The notes under the pieces are model-generated. The model saw only the letters and a list, made by a program, of their open reading frames with translations. It did no database searches and was not told where the DNA came from. A DNA stretch of 64,000 nt from Candidatus Cloacimonetes bacterium HGW-Cloacimonetes-3 (lineage in GTDB: Bacteria > Cloacimonadota > Cloacimonadia > Cloacimonadales > Cloacimonadaceae): contig PHBO01000010.1 of assembly GCA_002840645.1 (NCBI GenBank), forward strand, positions 60,470-124,469, given 5' to 3'. The position numbers and the translations under genes were made by a program. This document shows positions 18,423 to 26,400 of this stretch, in pieces (the stretch's first letter is position 1; each line of letters starts with the position of its first letter).

Positions 18423-19210
18423 GAAAAACCACTTCCAAACGCAACCAAAACAACCTGAAGAAGTCAGCTCGGGCTACAGACAAGCCACAAGATGATATCG
18501 CTCTTGCCAAAAGTGCTTTTATAACCAATATCAGCCACGAAATACGCACACCTATGAATGCCATTATGGGTTTCGCACAAATGCTCCAGAATACAGGGCT
18601 TAATGAGAAACAAGCGGATTATGTAAATGTGATATTGGATAGCGGGAAAAAGCTATTGTTGATTATTGGTAACCTTCTGGATTTGAGCAACCTACAGCTT
18701 GGCAAAACTTCACTTAACCTCGGAACATGCGTAGTTCATGAGCTTGCTGACAAGCTTTGGCAACACTTCCACCCTCTTATCCGCACCAAGAATCTGGAGG
18801 CAATACTGGAGTGCGCACCTGATATCCCAAAGCTGATGCTGGATTGCGAGAAAGTGGAGCGGGTGCTAAGCTTTGTAATCTCCAATGCTATCAAATACAC
18901 AACAACGGGCTTCGTAGCCTTAAGAATATACGCCAAACCTCTTGAGGCTGGTTCCGTGATGCTATGTATGGAAGTGGCAGACAGCGGTATAGGCATCTCA
19001 GCCGATAAGATAAAACACATCTTTCACGTGTTTGAGCAGGCAGATAACAGCATAACCCGAAACTATGGAGGTTTGGGAATCGGACTGGGGCTTTCTCAGC
19101 AGATTGTGCTCCTTTTGGGGGGCAACATCCGCGTGCAAAGCACTCCCGGCAAAGGTTCCCGTTTCTTTATAGACATACCGGCAAGCTTAGTTCCGGAACA
19201 GAGACCCTAA
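18419..19210 (+). CDS. Histidine kinase core (HisKA + HATPase_c) without sensor or receiver
   Basis: H box NISHEIRTPMNAI, SNAIKYT, DSGIGI, GGLGIGL; GTG start overlaps amidase stop. Confidence 0.85.
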   Translation: MRKTTSKRNQNNLKKSARATDKPQDDIALAKSAFITNISHEIRTPMNAIMGFAQMLQNTGLNEKQADYVNVILDSGKKLLLIIGNLLDLSNLQLGKTSLNLGTCVVHELADKLWQHFHPLIRTKNLEAILECAPDIPKLMLDCEKVERVLSFVISNAIKYTTTGFVALRIYAKPLEAGSVMLCMEVADSGIGISADKIKHIFHVFEQADNSITRNYGGLGIGLGLSQQIVLLLGGNIRVQSTPGKGSRFFIDIPASLVPEQRP

Positions 19211-19211
19211 G

Positions 19212-20483
19212 ATGGCGATTGAAGTTCAGGGAGTTCTGCCAAAAAGCCTTGCTGCCTCTCATGGCATTAAGGCAGGAGAAAAGCTGTTATCTATTAATGG
19301 GCACCAGGTTAGGGATTTCCTCGATTTAGAATTCTTAGCTTCGGACTATGAACTACTTTTGGAGCTGAAGACTGTAAAAGGAGAGCTAAAAGAAGTCCTG
19401 ATTCATCGTGAGAGCGGGCGTCCTTTGGGAATCGAGCCAGAGCCATATAAACACCGTAACTGCCAGAACTCCTGTATCTTTTGTTTTATAGATCAGATGC
19501 CGGACAAGCAGCGGGACAGTCTTTACGGAAAGGATGACGACTATCTCTTTTCTTTCGTATTTGGCAATTATATCACCCTCACAAATCTTACTGAAACAGA
19601 TTATAAACGCATTATCTCACAACGGATTTCCCCCCTTTACATTTCGCTGCATACCACAGACAGAGAATTGCGCCAGAAAATGATGCGCTCTGCCAATCCT
19701 GTAGATGCAATGGCGGTGCTGAAGCGTTTGAACAAAAAACAAATCAGCTTCCACCTGCAGATCGTGTGTGTACCAGGTTACAATGACGGTGAAAAACTGC
19801 GCCAGAGCTTGACGGAGTTGATGCTTTCTAAGCTAAACATACTCTCCATAGGTATTGTACCGGTAGGCTTAACCCGCTTCCGGGAAGGGCTTAGCCCCTT
19901 AAGAACCTTCACTAAGGAAGAAGCAAGGAATACTTTGGCTATTGTCGAGGAAATCCGGCAAACTTATTCCTGCCCGTTTATCTATCCTGCGGATGAGTTT
20001 TTCGTTTTAGCAGGAAATGATGTCCCGGATGATGATTATTATCTCGAATATCCCCAGCTGGAGAACGGCATTGGCATGCTGCGCCTTAGTTTACAAAACT
20101 TTCGCCAGAAGAAGCGAAGTCTGCTTAAAGAACTGCGCAAGAATGATGCAAATTACCTGATGCTTAGCTCGCTAAGTGCTCAGACCCTGATAAGCAAAAT
20201 TGCCGACGAATTGAACGCTCGTTTAGAAAGCCAACGTATCCGGGTGCAACCAATCCGCAACGATTTCTTCGGAAGCCAGATAAGTGTATGTGGTTTAATT
20301 ACATTCAGCGACATAAAAAGCCAATTGAAGCCCCAAGACGATGAGATAATAATCATGCCATCGGTCATATTTAATCACAATGGTGAAACTTTGGATGGTG
20401 CCGACAGGCTTACCGTTAAAAGTACATGGAATAACCCCATTTTGCTTATAGACCAATTCTTTGAGGATTGGGACTATCTGTAA
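19212..20483 (+). CDS. PDZ + DUF512 Fe-S (radical SAM-like) protein
   Basis: N-terminal PDZ-like region, CQNSCIFCFIDQMP, KDDDY..SF..GNYITLTN, YPQLENGIG. Confidence 0.85.
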   Translation: MAIEVQGVLPKSLAASHGIKAGEKLLSINGHQVRDFLDLEFLASDYELLLELKTVKGELKEVLIHRESGRPLGIEPEPYKHRNCQNSCIFCFIDQMPDKQRDSLYGKDDDYLFSFVFGNYITLTNLTETDYKRIISQRISPLYISLHTTDRELRQKMMRSANPVDAMAVLKRLNKKQISFHLQIVCVPGYNDGEKLRQSLTELMLSKLNILSIGIVPVGLTRFREGLSPLRTFTKEEARNTLAIVEEIRQTYSCPFIYPADEFFVLAGNDVPDDDYYLEYPQLENGIGMLRLSLQNFRQKKRSLLKELRKNDANYLMLSSLSAQTLISKIADELNARLESQRIRVQPIRNDFFGSQISVCGLITFSDIKSQLKPQDDEIIIMPSVIFNHNGETLDGADRLTVKSTWNNPILLIDQFFEDWDYL

Positions 20484-20724
20484 AGTGAATGGGAACACAG
20501 ATTTTGCTGATTTAACCGATTTGCATGGATAAAAAGGATTTAAACCTGATTTGGGTGCAGCATCCTCTGCCATTATCGGCAATATCTGAACAGCACTTCC
20601 CGAAGTTTCTACTAAAATACTGCCGGAAGCTATCCTCCTTGGTATTCAGCGTGGTTATATGTTTTCCTAACAAGCTAATACCCCTGGATGGGAGAATGGA
20701 TATAAGCAGGTGAGCTTTTTTTTC

Positions 20725-20754
20725 TTGACCCCGATAAGCTTGAGGAAATATAGT
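20725..20754 (+). promoter_or_regulatory. Putative promoter of phnDC
   Basis: TTGACC, 18-nt spacer, TATAGT; AGGAG SD before ATG 20788. Confidence 0.45.
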
Positions 20755-20787
20755 GCATTTCTACCTTTAATATAGGAGATTAATCCG

Positions 20788-21714
20788 ATGAGAAGAATAA
20801 TAACCTTTGCTATTGCAGCTCTTTTGTTCATCAGTGCTTGCGCAAACGAAGATGCCCGACTGGCAAAAGCTAACCACAAACTTGGTTCCAAGCAAAACCC
20901 CATCAAGATGTTCTTTGTCCCCTCTATGGAAGCGGGAAAAGTGGTGCAAAGCGGTGAAGCAATAGCCAGCTTTTTACACAAAGAAACCGGTTACTATTTT
21001 AAGGTAGCGGTACCCACCAGTTATGCAGCGGTTATCGAAGCATTGGGCACTTATCAGGCGGATATTGCCTGGTTACCCACATATGCCTATGTACTTGCCA
21101 AACAGAAGTATGACGCACAAGTGAAACTGATGACGGTGCGCAATGGCTTGAACAAATACCGCGGACAATTTGTGGTGCGGGCAGATTCCAAGATAGCCAA
21201 GCTGCAGGATATTGAAGGCAAGATTGTGGCATACACAGATGCCGCCTCCACTTCCGGCTACATATACCCATCTGCATTACTGAAACAGCGCAACGTTAAC
21301 CCTAAAGACCATATCTTTGCGGGTGGACATCCTCAGGCGATTCTCTCCGTTTACAGCGGCAGAGCAGATGTGGCTTGCACTTACTGGTCACCACCTGATG
21401 CAATGGGTAAGCCTATGGATGCCAGAGAGAAGCTTGCCGATACGCATCCCGATGTGTTTGATAAAATCCGCATTGTGGACTTCACCGATTGGATACCAAA
21501 CGACACTGTTACCTTCCGTAAAAGCCTTCCCGCAGAATTGGACAAAAAGGTGGGAGAAGCATTATTCATCTTTGCAAACACACCCGGTGGCAAAGCAACT
21601 TTAAAGGCTTTGTATGATATAGATGGTTTGGAGCACGCTACCGACGCAGATTACGAAGTTGTGCGCACTACTCTGAAAGCTATGAATATGGACCCTGCCT
21701 CTTTATTAAAATGA
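20788..21714 (+). CDS. phnD: Phosphate/phosphite/phosphonate ABC transporter substrate-binding lipoprotein
   Basis: Lipobox ISAC; SYAAVIEAL, YTDAASTSGYIYP, GGHPQAILSV, IPND motifs. Confidence 0.85.
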   Translation: MRRIITFAIAALLFISACANEDARLAKANHKLGSKQNPIKMFFVPSMEAGKVVQSGEAIASFLHKETGYYFKVAVPTSYAAVIEALGTYQADIAWLPTYAYVLAKQKYDAQVKLMTVRNGLNKYRGQFVVRADSKIAKLQDIEGKIVAYTDAASTSGYIYPSALLKQRNVNPKDHIFAGGHPQAILSVYSGRADVACTYWSPPDAMGKPMDAREKLADTHPDVFDKIRIVDFTDWIPNDTVTFRKSLPAELDKKVGEALFIFANTPGGKATLKALYDIDGLEHATDADYEVVRTTLKAMNMDPASLLK

Positions 21715-22469
21715 CGATAGCTATGAATAATCAACTGCTACAGATCAGCAAGCTGAATAAAAGCTATGATGGTAAAATCCTTGCCGTCAATCAGCTTTCA
21801 ATGCATGTAAACCCCGGTGATTTCGTTATCTTGTTAGGGCTTTCCGGCAGCGGAAAATCTACTCTGCTGCGCTGTATAAACCGCCTTATCGAGCCAAGTG
21901 CCGGAGATATCAGCTTCCGCGGGGAAGACATTTTATCCGTTAAAGGCTTAAAGCTGCGGCAATACCGCAGACATATTGCCATGGTGTTCCAGCAGTTCAA
22001 TCTGGTGAAAAACCTCACCGTGCTTACCAATGTACTCACCGGCAGGCTGGGCTATCATACCTTCGTTTCTCCCTTCAGCAAGGAAGATCATGAGTTTGCC
22101 CTTCATAACCTGAAGCGTGTGGGCTTACAGGATTTTGCAGGTAAACAGGTTAAACACCTCTCCGGTGGGCAACAACAACGTGTTGCCATTGCCCGCGCCC
22201 TGATGCAGGATCCCGCTCTGATTTTGGCGGATGAACCTGTTGCCAGCCTCGATCCTGCTACGGCGGATTCTATAATGCAATACCTGGGCGAGATAAACCG
22301 CGAAGGGATTAGTATTATATGCAGCCTGCACTTTCTTTCCCTTGCCCGCCGCTACGGAAACCGTGTTCTTGCTTTGAAGGACGGGCAGAAGGTGTTTGAA
22401 GGCTTACCCTCCGAAATAGACAATCAAAGGTTCAAACAAATTTACGGTCAGGACGCAGAAGAGATATAA
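21711..22469 (+). CDS. phnC: Phosphonate-type ABC transporter ATP-binding protein
   Basis: [45 protein letters not shown]. Confidence 0.88.
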   Translation: MTIAMNNQLLQISKLNKSYDGKILAVNQLSMHVNPGDFVILLGLSGSGKSTLLRCINRLIEPSAGDISFRGEDILSVKGLKLRQYRRHIAMVFQQFNLVKNLTVLTNVLTGRLGYHTFVSPFSKEDHEFALHNLKRVGLQDFAGKQVKHLSGGQQQRVAIARALMQDPALILADEPVASLDPATADSIMQYLGEINREGISIICSLHFLSLARRYGNRVLALKDGQKVFEGLPSEIDNQRFKQIYGQDAEEI

Positions 22470-22574
22470 GCGTTCTGGCGTGCTGTCATACCGTATTTAG
22501 AGGTACTTTTACCGTACCTGATTTACAGGTGTCTCATCTACGCTTTAACACACATATTATAGCCTTACTTTCAA

Positions 22575-22746
22575 ACTTGGTGGGTAGCATAGGTGCTTAG
22601 CAATATCAGTGGTTCATAAGCTCTATGTATTCGCATCGTAAACACAATATTCAGCCTTGCTTGCAGGTCATATCCTTCCCGTAACCCTCCCGTATCGGAT
22701 ATGGGAGGGTTACGGGAAGCTTTATGGCAATAAACAGTCAAAATCA
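22575..22746 (+). repeat. ~165-bp dispersed repeat with 11-bp-unit hairpin, copy 1 (left border of adhesin island)
   Basis: Ungapped match to 40477-40641 (about 21 mismatches in 165 bp, counted by eye); hairpin arms 22675-22695 / 22699-22719. Confidence 0.9.
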
Positions 22747-22929
22747 TAATCCCTTATGGACATGTATGATACCAACCTATTCAATTGGAGATAGAACAAT
22801 ATTATCCGATTACACTAAGGCAAAAATAACTTCCACTCTCCAACCTCCACTTATCACCCATATACGAGGCAAAAACATATCCTGTGGGAGTGGTATCCTT
22901 GTAATTTACCGCAGAGGGAATTTTTCTTC

Positions 22930-23442
22930 TTGACATTAATATGGCAGTGAGGATTTTGCATTCTCGAGCTTGAGTGATTATCATAATTATCAGTTAATTT
23001 ACGGTAATTAGGGTAGTTAAGTTGTACGTGTGTAGCTTGGTTTTTTTAGCAGGCTGCATGCAGATGCATGAGAGGTTTTATGCGCAGAAAGACAGCTTTT
23101 CCAGTTGTTACCTCCTTGCTTTACCTCTTTAATGAGGCAGTGGAAAAATCCGCCTGCCTTCCCTACCACCCCTCCCTAAAGTTAGATACTCCCGCTTTAC
23201 GCAACCATAAATGCTTTTCAATCCCACTCAAAAAAGATAATGAGATATAGCGGAGGAAATATGCTTACACTCAGCAATGCCCTAATTGATATAATCGTCG
23301 CACATTATGCTTACTTGGGCATGGCTGATAATTTGCATAAGTCTTTCATAGTTTCTTATGAACATCAAGAACAATCATGGGGAGCGTTATCGATACCCAT
23401 ATATTACTAAACTAATAACCATATTTACTTCAAGGAGTAAAG
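22930..23442 (+). promoter_or_regulatory. Long conserved structured 5' region of adhesin gene A (candidate cis-regulatory RNA)
   Basis: Colinear blocks shared with 29849-30356; compensatory stems; ATAAT-CGTCGCAC-ATTAT hairpin at 23291-23308. Confidence 0.6.
23261..23410 (+). CDS. Possible 49-aa upstream ORF in leader A (MLTLSNALIDIIVAHYAY...)
   Basis: GGAGG SD 5 nt before ATG; ungapped paralog at 30174-30305; coding status doubtful. Confidence 0.25.
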   Translation: MLTLSNALIDIIVAHYAYLGMADNLHKSFIVSYEHQEQSWGALSIPIYY

Positions 23443-26400
23443 ATGAAACGAATACTACTGTTAATTGTTCTTGCCGTTGTGGCTTGCCTTGGCTTTGCCC
23501 AAGTTGCCAGCTACACATTCGGCTATTCCTCCGGTACATACTCAGAAATTACAGGTGGCACGGTTCTTGGAACCGCCACAGTTGGCGGTTCTGGAGCTAC
23601 TGCTCTGGATAACGTCACCTACTTCAACACACCAATTCCCTTCCTCTTTCCTTTTAATGGAAGGATGTATAATCAGGTTGGGATAAATTCCAACGGTTAC
23701 CTAATCTTTGGCGGATCAACTGCTTTTGGTGAATCAAGTCAGATCAGCAGTACAACTGTCGCTGAAGGTGCGGTTGTAGTTTACGGTAAAGATAACCAAG
23801 CTATTGTAGTTGATGGCAGCTTAGGCGAAATCCGCTACCAAACCCTGGACACCGCCCCCAACCGGGTTTTCGTAATCCAATGGAAGAACTTCAAAGATTA
23901 CAGCGGTGCTGCTACAGACCTTCTTAACTTCCAAATCAAACTGTATGAAGCAACCAAGGTAGTGGAGTTTGTATATGGTGCCTGTACGGTTTTAACTGCT
24001 GAATCCTGCCAAGTAGGTTTGCGTGGAACATCAAATGCAGATTTCTTTGCCCGTACTACCACCACAAATTGGGCAGCAAGCACAGCAGGTGCAGCAAACA
24101 CTTCCACAATGACAGTTTCTTCTACTGTTAAGCCTGCAAATGGTACCATTTATACCTTCACCCCTCCCGCAGCTACAGCTGTTCCCAATGTGGCAACTGT
24201 GGTTTCTCCCACAAACGCGAACCCAAGTGTGTTTGCTAATGCAACACTAAATTGGGCAGATGGCGGAGGCTGGACTAATGGTTTCAAGCTGTATTTCGGG
24301 ACAACTGACCCAGCTCCTTATGTAGGAGATTTGGGCTATGTAACCAGCTACGACCCTCCCGGGGATATGCCTTTCAGCACTCCCTATTTTTGGAAAGTAG
24401 TGCCCTATAACAGCTTTGGTGATAACATTACCGGAACTCAGTGGACATTTACTACTTCCAGTGCTCCCCTTACCGGAACTAAGACTATTGACCCTGCCGG
24501 CTCGGGAGTGAATAATTACACCACTTTCACAGCGGCGATCAACGCTCTAAACGGTGCCGGAGTTGGAACAGGTGGCGTTACCTTTAACGTTGCCGACGGC
24601 ACTTATAACGAAAGTCCGCCTGCTATTACAACCACAGGGACAGCATTAAACCAGATTATCTTCCAAGCTGCTGTTGGTGCCAATCCTGTAGTAACCCCTG
24701 CAGGTGGATCGTTGACCTTTGCCTTTAAGCTAACCGCTGCAGATTATGTAACCTTCGATAATATTGATGTTACTGGTCCTACTACCCTTATCTACGGGTA
24801 TTGGTTGGCAGCGCTTACAGCTAATGGCGCAACCAACAACACTATCAAGAACTGTACTATTACTGTGCCTTATGGTAGCAGCAGTAACTACGGTATCTAT
24901 TCTTTGGGTGTTGTCGATGGTGCAAACAGCAATAACACTTTCTTAAACAACAGTATAGTTTCTGCCTACTATGGTATCTACCTTACCGGTAGCTCTACTG
25001 CAGGTAGCGAAGCCCAGAACCTGAATATTCAGGGAAACACCATCACCGGAGCAAGAAACTATGGCATATACGTGGGTTATGGGTTAAACACCGTTATCCA
25101 GTATAACAACATCGGTTTCTTTGCCGGCGGAACTACCGCTTATTATGGCATATATGTGTTTGGCACAACCAGCACATATAACGTACACCATAATACTATC
25201 AGCGGTGGTTACACATCCAGCACGGTGTATGCCTTGTACAATTCCAGCGGTAATACTACTTTCGCCAACAACGATGTAACCAACCTATACAACACAAGCA
25301 GTTCAGGTTGGTATGGTTTCTACGCTGGTGGCGGGAACACAATCTGGAATGGCAATAATATTTATGGTATAGCTAATACCGGTACTGCTGCTGTTTATAC
25401 TGCCTATATCACAACCGGAAATCATGATTTCCTGAACAACAACCTCTATGATATAGCCACAGGTGGAACCTCCCTTTACGGTTTTTATGTAATTGGTGGA
25501 ACCACACACAACATCTATAACAACAAAGTGTATAACCTGCGCTATACCGGAGCATCCTCCGGTGTTGTTTACGCTATACACCTTGGTGGCGGAACCACAA
25601 ATAATGTTTACAACAACATGGTTTATGATCTGCGTGCTGCAAGCTCCACATCCCTTGCTACTTCACCGGCAATCAGAGCCTTCAGCATCAGTAGCGGAAC
25701 CACGAATAATGTATGGAACAACACTGTATTCCTTAATTCCGCAGGTTCCAATACTGCGTTCTCTACTGCAGCATTGTATGTGTTAACCAGTACCAGCGCT
25801 ATAGACCTGAAAAACAACATCTTTGTGAACAAGAGCACCCCCGGTGCTACAGGCAGAGTTGTTGCTTTCTGGAAAACCTCCGCAGGTGTTAGCAACCTCT
25901 CAGCCACATCCAACAAGAATATCTACTTTGCGGGTGTGACACCAGGTGCTGCCAATTTGATAGGCTACTTCAGCACTACCGCCTATCCAACACTGGATGA
26001 GTATAAAACTATGGCTGCCACCAAGGATCAAGGCTCTTATACCGAAGATGTGCCCTTTGTGAGAAACACTGATCCCTACGACATGCATATCGATACTGCC
26101 ATTACCACCCGCGTGGAAGGCAATGCCATCGTTATCGTGCCCCCGGTCAGCTTTGATATCGATAACCAAGCGCGTCATGCCTCAACCCCCGATATCGGTG
26201 CTGATGAAGGCAATTTCACAGCTCCTGCCGGCGCACCCGGCTTAGTAACTCTGCTTGCTCCTACCGATGCAGCACAAGGGATCAATCCCCTCACCGGTCA
26301 GCTTAGCTGGAGTGCCCCAGCTGTAGGTGGAGCTCCCACAGAATACTGGGTTTACGTATCCGATGACCCTGAAGAATTGTACAGCCAAGGCAACAATGTC

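Noticed and set aside
23287-23296. TGATATAAT in leaders A and B as an extended -10 promoter explaining the conserved motif
   Set aside because: Not excluded, but it does not account for the conserved loop, the complementary ATTAT arm, the outer stems or the copy in leader C; kept only as an alternative to be tested by TSS mapping.
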